Below, in pieces: positions 24,827 through 39,536 of a stretch of DNA of 64,000 nucleotides. The stretch is from Octopus vulgaris. Lineage: Eukaryota. Under the pieces are notes generated by a model, which was given only the letters and a program-made list of their open reading frames with translations, had not been told where the DNA came from and ran no database searches. The DNA lies in NCBI GenBank assembly GCA_951406725.2, contig OX597825.1, positions 15,934,001-15,998,000 on the forward strand, read 5' to 3'. Every line of letters starts with the position of its first letter. The stretch's first letter is position 1. The position numbers and the translations under genes were made by a program.

Positions 24827-25081
24827 TTGTGTGTGCGTGTGTTGTGAAGTAAATGTGTGTGCGGTGTGTGTGTGTGCGAGTGTGTATGTGTGTATGTGTG
24901 TGCGTGTGTGTGTGTGTGTGTGTGTGCGTGTGTGTATGTGTGTGTGTGTATGTGTTGTGAAGTAAATGTATTTGAGCGGGTATGCCCCTTTATGCGTGTG
25001 TGTTTCGTAATGTGTGTGCGGTGTGTGTGTGTGCGTGTGTGTATGTGTGGTGTGTGTGCGTGTGTGTGTGTGTGTGTATGT

Positions 25082-25117
<36 letters not shown>

Positions 25118-26249
25118 ATGTGTGTGTGCGTACGTGTGTATGTGTGCGTGTGCGTACGTGTGTGTGTGTGTGCGCGGTGTGTGTGTGCGTGTGTGTATGT
25201 GTGTGTGTGTATGTGTGTGCGTGTGTGCGTGTGTGTATGTGTGTGTGCGTGTGTGTATGTGTGTGTGCGTGTGGGTGTTCAGTGAATTTTCTGGGTGCAT
25301 GTATATTAGTGCAGGAGCACCGCCTTTAGTCGAGCAAATCGACCCCAGGACTTATTCTTTGTAAGCCTAGTACTTATTCTATCGATCTCTTATGCCGAAC
25401 CGCTAGTTTACGGGGACGTAAACACACCACCATCGGCTGGGGGAAAAACTTAACCCAAAAGTCCAACTGCTCATTGTTTGTAAGAAAAAAAGACATGGTC
25501 TCAGTAACAACAACAACAGCAACATCATCCCACAAGCAGCAGACACGCACATAGAGAGCTCACAATAGTGGCACTCCGCCAGTTGCGACGACGAGTGTTG
25601 CAGCTAATCGGATCGACAGAACAACCTGCTCGTGAAATTAACGTGCAAGAGGTTGAGCACTCCACAGACACGTATAGCCTCAATGTAGTCCTCAGGGAGA
25701 TTCAGTGTGACACAGAATGTCACAAGACTGGCCTTTTGAATTACCGGTACAACTCATTTGTGCCAGGTGAGTTGACTGTGGCAACGTGAAATAAGGTGCT
25801 TTGCCCAAGGACACAACGCGTCGTCGGAAATCGAACTCACGTCCTTAGGATCTTTAGCCGAATCTTCTAGTACAAAGCCACGCGTCTTCACTACAATAAC
25901 AAACACATCAATAATAAGAACATGGACATTGTATGGTACAATCAGCCGTCACTCCCGAGCATTTGCTGTGTTTTCGCTTATTGTTTCGCTCAGTTGCGTA
26001 GTAGCTAGCTTGTGTGTGTACTTCCCGGAGTAGCTTTTGAGTTTTCCGCCCCCACCCGACTTCCTGCCCTCTAGCTGGCACCCCGTCGGTTAAGAGGACG
26101 AGGGTTCCAGTTGATCCGATCAAGAGAACAGCTTGCTCGTGAAATTAACGTGCAAGAGGCTGAGCACTCCATAGACCCTTAACGTAGTTCTCAAGGAGAT
26201 TCAGCATGACACAGTGTGAAAAGACTGATCCTTTGAAATACAGGTACTA

Positions 26250-26962
26250 CCGTAAATCTTCGAGTATAATCCGCGTTTTTTCCCCCAAAATTTAAAGGCC
26301 AAAATCCCCAGTGCGTACTATAATACGAGGTTAAAAATGAAAATGATTTTCTAAGCAATGTCCGAGTCTCTATTTGCTGTCCGGCAATGTTTATTCAGAC
26401 GCATTTTGTGATGTCGGGCACGAAAATACCTTAAGCTCAGCCTAAAAGCAATGAAGTCATAAAAAAATCATCCATAACTTGCAGTAAGTAACATTTATTA
26501 AACGTTATTACTGTTATAACTGGTATACTAGCCATATCAATATGGCTAACCACTAAGGGTGGGTGTTACTGTAGCTTGTAGCCCCAGGAGATCATCGTCT
26601 CCAGCTGGCTTTAGGCACACTTTCTGCGCCCTTATGAGATGGCTAGTATACCTTACATTGTCGTGCAGTTACTGTTTACATCTCGTTCAGAGATTTATTA
26701 CTGTTATTACTGTTATTTCTTTATTTTCTGCAAACAAAATGTACAAAAAAGTTATACGTTTGCATTATGTTATATACACAATAATAATAAAGGACGTTAC
26801 CGTATACATTTTTACAAACCAAGGACGTTATATAGACCTCCTTGACTCAAGTTAGAGAAGGGGTGCGTATTATACACAAGGTTTAGGCTTTTCAGAGCTA
26901 CAGCCCCCTAAAAATCCCCTGCGTATAATATTCAAGGGCGGACTGTACTCGAGGATTTACGG
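26250..26962. mobile_element. Tc1/pogo-type MITE with TA TSD, inserted in a SINE A
   Basis: TA-ccgtaaatcttcgagtataatccgc ... gcggactgtactcgaggatttacgg-TA; SINE sequence resumes on both sides. Confidence 0.8.
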
Positions 26963-27362
26963 TACTCATTTTTGCCAGCTGGGTGGACTGAAGCGACATG
27001 AAATAAAGTACCATTTACCGTGTTTTCGCAGAGTAGTAGCCAGCTTGAGTGTGTACTTCTCGGAGCAGCCTCTGAGTTTTCCGTCTCCACCCGACTTCAT
27101 ACCCTCTATACAAACTTATATTGCGGGTCCAAAGGTGTTGCTCCGCCACCCCACAAAAGAAAGCGTCACCCCGGGATGGACTGCCCTCATCTCCTGCCGC
27201 CCCTTTGTTAACAAGCAGGTACTGTTTCATCCTTTCGGGGTTCGCTTGTAGTCATAAATTGACTTAAGCGGTTTGTCCTCTCTGTGTTTAGACTCTTGTG
27301 GGTAGTAAAGAAATAGGTATATGCACCCTCCTCTCTTTCTCTCAGCTCCCTCCTCTCCTCTC

Positions 27363-27418
<56 letters not shown>

Positions 27419-27679
27419 CACCGTTGAACTCAACGAAACATTCAGGATGTAACAGTAAGGAGGGGACCCGGTTGTGCCCGCACCACCCGGGTGGTAGGTA
27501 ATTACTGCTGAGTAGACTGCAGCAACGCGGATGAAGTGCTTTGAACAAGGAAAATGCACAAGGGGGTCAGCCCGGTTCAGGAACTAAACTCAGCACCTTC
27601 ACGGTCATGAGCCAAACACCCTCGCCACTAAGTCACGCGTCGCTTCGATCAACAAACGCGACAATAACATCAACACAGT

Positions 27680-27794
27680 AAACTAGTAGCAGCAGTAATT
27701 GTAATAACAACAGCAGCAGTAATAGTAACAGCAGCAGCAACAGCAGTAGTAGTAGTAGTAGTAGTAGTAGCAGCAGCAGCAGCTACAACAGTGC

Positions 27795-27833
<39 letters not shown>

Positions 27834-27849
27834 CAGCAGCAGCTAGTGC

Positions 27850-27945
<96 letters not shown>

Positions 27946-27966
27946 CAGCAGCAGCAGCAACAGTTC

Positions 27967-28001
<35 letters not shown>

Positions 28002-28021
28002 CTAGTAATAGTAGCGCAGCT

Positions 28022-28072
<51 letters not shown>

Positions 28073-28150
28073 ACAGCAGCAGCAGCATGCAGTAGTAGCA
28101 GCAGCAGCAACAGTGCTAGTAGTAGTAGTAGTAGTAATAGTAGTAGCAGC

Positions 28151-28201
<51 letters not shown>

Positions 28202-28800
28202 TTAGTAGTAGTAGTAGTAGTAGCGATGCTGTTGTTGCTGCTGCTGCTGCTGCTGTTGTTCCTCCGACGGTAATCTCCCACTGAACGAGTGCAGAGGAAG
28301 TTGAGGTTTAGTCGACAATATCCAAAGTCTTGAAGAGTTCTCAATGAATATAATCTGGTGGAATTAGTTGCCTAGCAACGGCAGCAGCAGAATTCAGAAT
28401 TGTGTCTTCTTGATCTCCTTCGCCACCATCGCCACCCTCCTCCACCTTTCATGCTTTCCTCTTCCTTCTCCTCCGTTATCACAACTCGTCCGTTTCGTTT
28501 ACCCGAAAATTTCTTTCTTTCTTTCTTCTTCATCTTCTTCTTCTTCTTCATTTTCTTCTTCTTCTTCTTCTTCTTCCTCCTCCTTCTTCTTTTTCTTCTT
28601 CTTCTTCTTCTTCTTCTTCTTCTTCTTCTTCTTCTTTTTCTTCTTCTTCTTCTTCTTCTTCTTCTTCTTCTTCCACTTCTTCTTCTTCTTCTTCTCCTTC
28701 TTCTTCTTCTTCTTCTTCTTCTTCTTCTTCTTCTTCTCCTCCTCCTCCTCCTCCTCCTCCTCCTCTTCTTCTTCTTCTTCTTCTTCTTCTTCTTCACTCT
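27680..28800. repeat. Compound (AGT/AGC)n and (TTC/TCC)n microsatellites with short unique spacers
   Basis: Directly visible. Confidence 0.9.
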
Positions 28801-30299
28801 TAAACGTCGGTCAGCTGATAAGCAAGTTTTCCGTCGTCTCCTTCGCTTCCTCCCACGCAAGAGAGAACACCTGGAAATCTTCCATTCAGTGGAATACCAT
28901 GACTGTAATTCCTCATCCGCTGCAGTTGTTGTCGCTGTTGCTGCTACTGCTGCTGCTGCTGCTGCATCAGCTAACGTCCATCCACCCAGCTAACTGTCCA
29001 GCTAGTCTTTGATGCAGCCAGCCAAGTAGCCTGCCATCGATTTAACTCACCTTCCAGGCTACCACACATCCAACCACACAACTCGCAAAATCGCGACTCC
29101 ATCCATTCAACGATCCATTCATCTAAACATCTAACAATCGATCCATCACTCCATCGATCCTCCTATCCATTTATCTAACCATTACCCATCAATCTACCAA
29201 ACTAACCTTCCACCCATCTAACAATCCAACAATTGATCCATCCATTCACCCATCCAACCATCAATCCATCAATCTATCCATCCTTTCGTCAATTCATCTA
29301 TCAACCTATCCAACCAGAGATCCATCGATCCATCAATCTACCCATCCACCCATCTAACCATCCAACCATCGATCCATTCATTCACCCATTCATTTTTCAA
29401 ACCATCCAAGTGTCGATCCATCAATCCATCCATCCTTTCATTAATCCATCTATTAACCTATCCAACCAGAGATCCATCGATCCATCAATTTATCCACCCA
29501 CCCATCTAACCATCCAACCATTGATCCATCCATTCATCTAATCATCCAACCATCGATCCATCCATCCATCCGGTAATCCACCGATCCATCGATCCACCCA
29601 TTCTTCAATCCATTAATCAATTCATCAATCCATCCATCATTTCATCAATCCATCCATCCATCCATCCATCCATTCATCAATCCATCTATTCGTTCATCAG
29701 TCCATCTATCAATCCCTCAATCTAACCATCTACCCATCTAACCATCCAATCATCAATCCATCTATCCACCTATCCAACCAGAGATCCATCAATCTATCCC
29801 TCCACCTATCCACACATCTAACCATCCAGACAGAGACCCATCCATTCACACATTCAATCACCGAACGACTCAACCATTGATCCATCAATCCATCCATCCA
29901 CCCACGTAAAATATCCCAACTATTCACCTTCCAGCGTGAAACAATTATAAAAGAAAAAGCTATGTTCTTTGAGACAAAATATACTACTCTTTCTAGCAAA
30001 ATCGATCGGCAAAAATACAAAGCAAATAAGTGTCAGAAGGCCAGTAGGTTCTTTTCTCGAGAAATTGCGGAGAGCAAAAACCCACACAAAAAAAGGCGAA
30101 GACTATAACAAAAAGACACAGGTGAGAGGCCAGCCATTACATGGAGATGCGGTTGCTGCTTACGAAAATAGAGAAATGCGTGACTGGAAAAGGCATGCGA
30201 CGTTTTTTTTACCACAATTTGGCGTCGCTGATTCAACGCTGACCTATTTGACATCGGACGTTTTAATGTTTCTTGTTTTCTACCCTCCTTCTCTTCCTC

Positions 30300-30341
<42 letters not shown>

Positions 30342-30650
30342 GTGTGTTTATTTCTTGTCACGCGTGCATGCGTGTGTGTGTGTGTGTGTATGTGTATAGT
30401 TGCCACCAGTGCCAAAATATACTGTCGTCAAGACAACACAGGTTGAATATCCATTCAGCTGTTCCAGATCATCTCATTCCAAATTAAAGGGGTGCAGGCG
30501 TGGCTGTGTGGTAGGGACTTTGCTTCCTAACCACATGGTTCCAATTTCAGTCCCACTGAGCGGTACCTAAAGGAAGTGTCTTCTACTATGGCATCGGGCC
30601 AACCAAAAACTTGTGAGCAGACTTGGTGGACGGAAATGTTTGTCTATATG

Positions 30651-30684
<34 letters not shown>

Positions 30685-31414
30685 CTACTATAACCTCGGG
30701 CCGACCAAAGCCTTGTGAGTGGATTTGGTAGATGGAAACTGAAAGAAGCCCGTTGTATATATATATATTTATATGCACGTTTTTATGTGTATATATATAT
30801 ATATATATGGATGTATTTGTGTGTGTCTGTGTTTGTCTCCACCACTATCGCTTGACAACCGATGTTGGTGTGATTACGTCACCCGTGACATAGCGGTTCG
30901 GCAAAAGGAGCCGATAGAATAAGTACAAAGCTTACAAAGAATTAGACCTGGGGTCGATTTGTTCGACTAAATTCAGTGCTCCAGCATGGCCTCAGTCAAA
31001 CAAAATGACTGAAACAAATAAAAGAATAAAAGAATATATATATATATAAAGAGAGAGAGAAAGAGAGAGAGACTCATACATACATACATACATACATACA
31101 TACATACATACATACATACATACACTGTGTGTGTATGTGTGTCCTGTGTGTGTGTGTGTGCTTTAATGCACTAAGTGCCTATATGATATATCTCAAGGTT
31201 AATAACGCAGTATTCAGTGCTCTAACAAGGCATCCATGTTAAATTGGATATAAAGATTATCTTTCGGTATTAGTACCGCCTCTGTCGCCAATAATTTGAT
31301 ATATACACACACACAGACACACTCACTCATTAACACATATGCGAAGCACACACAAAAGCTCATATACGCGACGTACATGAATGTGTACGACCGTGATTGC
31401 GTATAACCACGGAG

Positions 31415-31753
31415 ACACCATTGCGTTACCATTGTCTCAAAGCCTAGAATCAGAAACATCGATGTATATAATCGTTCTTCCTAAAACTAATCAATAAAAA
31501 TGTATTTAGTGGACTCCATTTACGCTTATATATTCCAATTTTTTTTTGTGTGTGTGTGTGTGTGTTCTCACGATCGTCTGACGTTGCTATGTCAATCAAT
31601 GGCTGATCCATACATCCCACAAGTCTTTTCTCTTTGTGTCTAGTTTATTGAAGAGGTTATGAATTCTGAACACTCAACCATTGTAGGCGCCTGGGAAAGA
31701 AACGAGATAAGCGTTTCGAGTGTTATCGGCGATTATGCTATTTTTCTTTGAGT
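31415..31753. repeat. Low-copy ~340-bp segment, copy 1 (copy 2 at ~42350-42674)
   Basis: Shared blocks: cctagaatcagaaacatcgatg; cctaaaactaatcaataaaaatgtatttagtggactccatttacgcttata; ttctcacgatcgtctgacgttgctatgtcaatcaatgg; tttcgagtgttatcgg. Both copies are followed by (AGT)n. Confidence 0.88.
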
Positions 31754-31871
31754 TTGCAGTAGTAGTAGTAGTAGTAGTAGTAGCAGCAGCAGCAGCAGCT
31801 GTAGTGATCCACCAACATCTGTAGTAGAGAATTCTTGCACTTGTAATTGAGGACAGAAACTGAGATTTACA

Positions 31872-31916
<45 letters not shown>

Positions 31917-32006
31917 TAATCCAAACGGGAAAACAGAAAAAACAACAACACGTGGAACAATTACAGTATTATTATTATTAGGCGCTCAGGAAAACGGAAG
32001 AAGGAG

Positions 32007-32063
<57 letters not shown>

Positions 32064-32248
32064 GCCATGATAGATCGATAGCCACTACACACATTTTTTA
32101 CCTCCTTGCTTCTTTCTGTGTTCCTTCCTGTGGAAGAGCGTAGGTTCGAAACGTTAAAGACTTTTTCAAATCCCGAGCGTTATACTAATACATCTGTTTG
32201 TTTTCTACACCACCTGTCTTCGTCTTTTGTTTTCTTTTCGTGAATTCT

Positions 32249-32306
<58 letters not shown>

Positions 32307-32338
32307 GTATATTTATATATATATATACATATATAAAT

Positions 32339-32677
32339 GGTAAAGGACTCCTTCGGTCATGAATGAGCATGGAACTCCGCCTAGAAAGTTCTCCGAGACA
32401 CAAGTCCAGGCAAGGTTGTTTACGGAAGACCCGCGGTCGCCCATGCATATCTGTCTACCCTCTCCACGCCACAGATCTTTATCCAAAGTAAAGGCAAAAG
32501 GCGATACAGTTTAGCACCAGTGACGTCACAACTCATTTCTACAGCTGAGTGAACTGGAGCTACATGAAATGTAGTGTCTTGCGCAAGAATACAACACACA
32601 GCCCAGTCCAGGAATCTAACGCACTACTTCATGATTGTGAGCCCGGCGCTCTAACCACGGAGCCATGTGCCATCACA
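32339..32677 (-). mobile_element. SINE with tRNA-like head and RTE-like tail
   Basis: Shares aactcattt..cagctgagtg.actggagc.ac.tgaaat..agtgtcttg with family A but has a distinct 3' part. Confidence 0.55.
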
Positions 32678-32685
32678 TGTTTGCT

Positions 32686-32800
32686 TATCACGTTGAATGC
32701 AGAGGTTCTCGCCCGATCACCGAAGTTAAGCAACATCAAGCATAACCTAGTTATTACTTAGACGGGTGACTACTTGGAAAAACCTAGGTGCTGTAAGCAT
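32686..32800 (+). pseudogene. 5S rRNA pseudogene (5'-truncated, diverged)
   Basis: atcacgttgaatgca..ggttctcgcccgatcaccgaagttaagcaac...tagttattacttagacgggtgac...ggtgctgtaagc matches metazoan 5S rRNA; small insertion, and no T-run terminator. Confidence 0.85.
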
Positions 32801-32882
32801 CTCATATAAATATGTGTGTGTGTGTGTGTGCGCGCGCGCGCGTGCGTGTGTGTGTGCGTGCGTGCGTGCGTGTGTGCGTCTG

Positions 32883-32951
<69 letters not shown>

Positions 32952-34311
32952 GTTGTTGTTGTTGTTGTTTTAAATACGTTTCCTGTGGACTTCCGGCAAC
33001 GTATGCCCAATGATATACAGTAACCGGCCGGAGTTAGCTGCAGCATACCTACACATACGAACTATAACGTCTTTCTTTCTTCATACCTTTCGGAAAAATG
33101 GATATTTGTTAATGAAATTTTCTACAGATGGCGCAGGTTTTGATTATATCGGAATTTATTCTGAAAAAATAAATGTAACGGAGTTCGACCAATTTTTCAT
33201 AATAATTTTTCCATAATAAATTTTCATAATAAATTTCAAAATATTCGTAATCTACACGTTCTGAAAGGTGCTTGTCGAAATTTTCATTTAAAAACATCAA
33301 TTATTACGAAAGTTATGAGGAAACAAAGACGACCGTCGGGAATCTTCTGAAACACCTCTCTCCACTCCCCAAATATTTTACACAGCAACTTCATGTATAA
33401 TTAGAATCCACACCATCTGAAGCAAATTTGCAGAAAATTTCATTAAAAAGTATCCATTTTTCTGGATGTTATGAAGAAATAAATCTTGTGGTCACATTTG
33501 TGTATGTATGCCCGTTACTTTAACACAAGTAATACTATGATTACATTGCAATTATATATCTACATATCAGCTTGCTTCACTTCACTTTCATTTTGTTTGT
33601 GGCAATATATGATTATATAGCTGCATGTTATATATAAACAAAGAATATAATTCTTTCGTTTGGTTTGCCTCCAAAGGGTGACAATAATGTGAATGGGATG
33701 AGTTCAGTTTTACACAACACATAAACATAGATAAGATAATAGAATTTAGGATGATATTGTGTCTAGAAACGAATACTAACTGCATTAAAAATGCATCGTA
33801 GTGTGTGTGTGTGTATATGTATACACATTGATCCATTACCTGGGATATCCCAGAAACAGCTGTAAGACGTTATTATTGACTGTTCCTTATTTCGATTCAC
33901 CATTGAAATATCTTAAATGATCTGATGAGCTTGTCCTGCTTTGGTTTTGTTTCCCTTTTCCTTTAATTCATACCCGCTGACTCGGAAATAGGCTACGGAT
34001 CCCCAATTCCAGCCTAGTGGATCCTAGTGGCTTATGAATTGGAGCACTCAGACAGTATACCTATTAGTTTAAATATGCATATATATGTGTGGTGTGGTGT
34101 GGTCTGGTGTAGTGTGTGTGTGTGTGTGTGTGGATATTAAGATCCACAAAGATCAGAACTTTATTGCAGCTCTTGGTGGTTCAAATCGGATATGCAATTT
34201 ATGAGTGTCTTTTCAAAACATTGTCTGGTTTAAAAAGCAACATCAGATGCCAATATGGATCTAAGGTGTAAGTACAAGAGGTGGTCAGACTCTGCATAAA
34301 GAGTAGACAAC

Positions 34312-34451
<140 letters not shown>

Positions 34452-34732
34452 GTATGTATATATGTATATATATATATGTATATATATATGTATATACATA
34501 TATATATACATAAATATATACACACACACATACACATACACATATACAGACATACATATATGCATGCATACATACATACATATATACATACATAGACACA
34601 TACACATATGCATACATACATACATTCACACATACACATATACATACATGCATACATACATACATACATACATACATGCATGCATACATACATACATACA
34701 TGCATGCATACATACATACATACATACATACA

Positions 34733-34766
<34 letters not shown>

Positions 34767-35033
34767 CATACATACATACATACATACATACATACATACA
34801 TACATACATACATACATACATACATGTAGATTTCGTTACGCGCATTAGTTCGATTCTTTCTTTCTTTCTTTCCTTCTGTTTCTTTTATTGTTGGTTGTGA
34901 AAGAATCTAGACGCCGTTTCTCCATGTAAATACAAAAAGTACGTCTGAAGGATCTTGTAGTATAAATTTATTGGAATTAGATATTTCCTTCGATAATGTC
35001 GTTAAATATCTGATTTCAAATGTACACACACAA

Positions 35034-35064
<31 letters not shown>

Positions 35065-35138
35065 CATATATATGTATGTATATGTGTGTATATATATATA
35101 TGTATATATATATGTATATATACATATATATGCATATA

Positions 35139-35205
<67 letters not shown>

Positions 35206-35270
35206 GTATATATATATGTATATATATATATGTATATATATATGTACATATATATATATGTATATATATA

Positions 35271-35325
<55 letters not shown>

Positions 35326-35588
35326 CCAACTAATGATTTAGGAATAGTATAGAATTACAGACATTTTGCTTTCAATACACACTGTTAATATAACCACATC
35401 AATTTATTTACCTATCTACTTATCTAATCTATCTATCTATTTATCTACCTGCCTATCTGTTTGTCTATGTATGTATGTATGTATGTATGTATGTATCTAT
35501 CTATCTATCTATCTATCGATTTATCGATCTATCTTCTATCTGTCTATCTCTGTGTCTATTTGCCTGTCTGTGTAGTGCTGTGTGCATG

Positions 35589-35647
<59 letters not shown>

Positions 35648-35670
35648 TGTGTGTGTGTGTATGTGTGTGT

Positions 35671-35729
<59 letters not shown>

Positions 35730-35821
35730 TATGTGTGTTTGTGTGTCGTGTTTGTATATTCGTAAAAAAACATTTGGCAATGTTTTATTTGAATCGCTTA
35801 AACATTTGAATATATGCAAAC

Positions 35822-35880
<59 letters not shown>

Positions 35881-36844
35881 GCATAAACTTATTTGGAAAT
35901 ATATGCGTGATGTTCAATCGAATAATATGAATAATATATATGAATGTATGTATATGTATGCATGTATGTATGAACGTATGTAAGAATGTAAGAACGGATT
36001 TAACGAATGGTGAGTGAATATTTGGCTTTCTGATAAATGAAACATTTGTGAGATTGGATTCTAACTCACGTATGCAGTCTTATGCAGTCTTATCCACCCT
36101 GAGATTATCGTTTGAACTAGTCTCTGTCTCCCTGGCTGCCCCCACTCTCTCTCTCTCTCTCTCTCCCCCCTCTCTCTCTCTTACACACACACACGCGCGC
36201 GCGAACGTAATTAGACATGGTTGTATTCATAACAGATTACGTCTTGGAAACCAATCTGGACTCTTCTGGATTGCCGTTTTGGATTACTTCGGCTTACCAT
36301 TTGGGATTATATTGGATATATGTTATTGCACTGTAATATATTATCCGTGTGCTTTTAGTGTGTGTGTTGTGTGTATGTGTGTGTGTGTGTATGTGTGTGT
36401 ATGTGTGTGTATGTGTGTATGTGCGTGTATGTGTGTATGTGTGTGTGTGTGTGTATGTGTGTTTGTTTCTGTATACATATACACATACATATATATATAG
36501 AGGGAGAAGCCTAATCGTCAGGAGTTGAGTAGAGGTCATCCGAACGTGAAATACAACAGTGGCGACGAGGATTTCGTAGCACACACAGCCACTGTGTAGT
36601 ATTGCGATATAACAAGGGGGCAACACTGGCCCCTCACTATTCAATGGCACACCCTCAGATTTAGAGAATTTTACAAAAATCTTCCCGCAATACAAATTAG
36701 TGGCCACCCAGAATATTCAGATGCATCCCAGACGCCAAAGCATGGAGACGGACCCCTCATCTTATAGGTTAGTTTGTACCAAACTACCTTCTGTCATGGA
36801 ACATGCATAGAACAGTCGTTATATAAATATACAGAACATTGTAA

Positions 36845-37216
36845 TCTCTCTATATATAAACGGCAGTTTGTCTGTGTGTGTATCTGTGTGTCTGTTAGGT
36901 TGTACCCTCACCCTGACCACGGCTTTCAACCGATTCTGATGAAACTTGACACACACATAGCCCAATGTCATAATTCAAAACTAACGCAGCGAAAATTTTG
37001 AAAAGTTCCCCCAGTTCTGAAAAAAATCGATAAATTCGACATGGGGTCGAGAATCAGAAACACAAACCACAGACTGTCTAGGGGACGCAACTCGACCTTT
37101 TTAACTAAAAAAAAAATTTACCATCATTTTTTTTCCATTTTTTGGCTATAACTCTCTAAAAATGCTTTATAGTTATTTCCCTTACAAACCCGAGCAACGC
37201 CGGGCGATACTGCTAG
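36845..37216 (+). mobile_element. Non-autonomous Helitron-like element
   Basis: 5' TC; 3' end identical to that of 17653-18044 (cccgagcaacgccgggcgatactgctag). Confidence 0.7.
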
Positions 37217-37461
37217 TATTAACATAAAGAACACCTCATTTGAGCGGGAACAAAAAGAAAAAGACAAAAAAAGGCTCTAAAACTCGAGATTTACTTCAAA
37301 ACATAATTTATATAATTTTTTATGCTGTTTTAAGGCTGAATCGTTGGAATATCGGACAAAATGCTTATCTGCATTACTTCCGGCTCTTAACATTCTGAAT
37401 TTACATGCCATCGAAACCAACTTTGTCATCTCCCAGGGTCAATAAAGTAAGTACGAGTTGA

Positions 37462-38367
37462 GGATCTTTTCGGTTTGAACGGCAGTTTTTTAATATAATT
37501 TCCACGTAACTAAACACTTTTAAACTTCGTATACTGGTAGAATGTGTTAGCTAGTTAGTTAGTTCGTTAATTTGGCTCAAAAGCAAATAGCAAGGCCATG
37601 TAGGGGGACATGGAGTTAAGTACAGGGTGGTGTTCATGTAAAGAGTTCAGGCCACTTGAGGTCCAGGGAGGCTTTGAACAAAGCGGTCGTCGGCATCTTC
37701 ACCATCTCGTCTGGCAGCTTGTTCCACGGATCCGCAACCCGGACGGAGAAAGCTCCTCTCCTTCGATTAAGATGAAATCGTCGCAGGTAGAGCTTTTCGG
37801 AATGACCCCGCAGCCGACGCTCTGGAGCAGGAGTGAAGAACAGCTCTTTCGAGAGGTTACACTTTCCGCTTATGATGTTGTGGGCGAGAATGAGATCACC
37901 ACGGCGGCGGCGTTTTTCAAGAGAATAAAGGTCGAGCGTCCTCAGCCTTTCTTCGTAGGACAAATTTTTGAGACCATGAACCATGCGGGTAGCCAGCTTC
38001 TAGACTCTTTCGAGATGCTGTTTATAATACATCTTTTTCTCTTGGCTTTATTGAGAAAATTCTATGGTTTGTAAGATATTTGTTGTTGTTTTTTCTTCAA
38101 TTTCTGCAATTTCAACCAATCAAAGACGTCTATTGAGGTAAAAAAAAACATTCTGTGCTGTATGAATATGTCTCTCGTTTAAGAAACAGATTGGGTTTAT
38201 TTACATTTGGGAAGAAAAAAAGATACCCTTCCCCCCACCCCTAACCCTAACTAACCCTAACCCTAAAACAGATTGAGATGCAATAGATCGATACTAGGGT
38301 CATAATTATGGATGACAATTTCATATGACACCGCAAGAAAAAACTGCCGTTCAAACCGAAAAGATCC
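37462..38367. mobile_element. TIR MITE containing a nested LINE fragment
   Basis: TIRs as in 2173-2630; MITE sequence is interrupted at gtagaatgtgtt|...|tttataa.acatc. Confidence 0.85.
37549..38018 (-). mobile_element. 5'-truncated CR1/L2-like LINE, ORF2 C-terminus plus 3' tail
   Basis: LSYEERLRTLDLYSLEKRRRRGDLI...RGHSEKL...FSVRVADPWNKLP is the typical CR1-group C-terminus; (AACT)n-type tail. Confidence 0.88.
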
Positions 38368-38669
38368 CCAGTGTAGAACTGAGGCCGATGTGTTCGATTC
38401 CCCCTCAAAATTGATGTCCTTTTGCCAAATATGGAAAGAATTGTGTTGTTCACTTCAAAATAATCTCTTTTAAGCAATATTCAATTATTCTTAATGTTCC
38501 CCTGAGTGAAGGAACCAAAACAACAATTCGTCATTTGTTATCTGATTGTTATAAATAATTGTAATGTCATTAAACCGTTTTGTAATTCTTGTTTTCGAAA
38601 TATCATTTTCGTTTACCGGAATCACGGAAATTCACTCGGAATAAGATTGCTGTTGTCGCTGCTGCTGCT

Positions 38670-38716
38670 GATGATAATGATGATGATAATGATGATGGTG
38701 GTGGTGGTGGTGGTGT

Positions 38717-38778
<62 letters not shown>

Positions 38779-38797
38779 GTGGTGGAGATGGTGATGG

Positions 38798-38835
<38 letters not shown>

Positions 38836-39004
38836 TTGATGATGATGGTGGTGGTGGTGGTGGTGGTGGTGGTGGTGGTGATGATGACGATGATGATGAA
38901 GATCATGATGATGATGATGATGATGACGATGATGATGATCATGATGATGGTGATGATGGTGATGATGATGATGATGATGATAATGATGGTGATGATGGTG
39001 ATGG

Positions 39005-39056
<52 letters not shown>

Positions 39057-39145
39057 AATGATGGTGATGATGATGATGATGATGATGATGATAATGATGG
39101 TGATGATGATGATGATGATGACGACGACGATGATGATGATGATGC
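38670..39145. repeat. (ATG/GTG)n microsatellite
   Basis: Directly visible. Confidence 0.95.
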
Positions 39146-39536
39146 TGTTGTTGTTATTGTTTAATCAGAAGTTTGTGTTAATCGGAGCGTGATCATCCTG
39201 CCTTTTGTTGTTGTCTTTCCAAGACAACATTATCGAATGTAAATCTTCTCTTTCCGAAATTGTAAAGTAGACGCTGACACATTTGATGTCATCAGTTAAT
39301 ATGCTAATTAAATGAAATTCCGTCTATAGTGATGGAGGGAGAAATTCATTATCTTAATTATTAATTCTGGACATGAAAGACAGTGGAGATAACCCAAAAG
39401 AAATTATAATTAATATTAATCTAAATCAAAACAGAATGCAACGCGGGAATAATATGTCTGAGTGTGTTAAAATGGTAACAACTCCGGATAAATTTCAGTC
39501 TTATTTAGCTCTCGTTTGTAAATCATAGTCTAACTA

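Noticed and set aside
28372-28860. Arg/Lys-rich protamine-like ORF
   Set aside because: Basic tracts come from (GAA)n, the start is a non-ATG codon, and there is no supporting gene structure.
38506-39192. Poly-Met / poly-Asp ORFs
   Set aside because: (ATG)n microsatellite, open in several frames.
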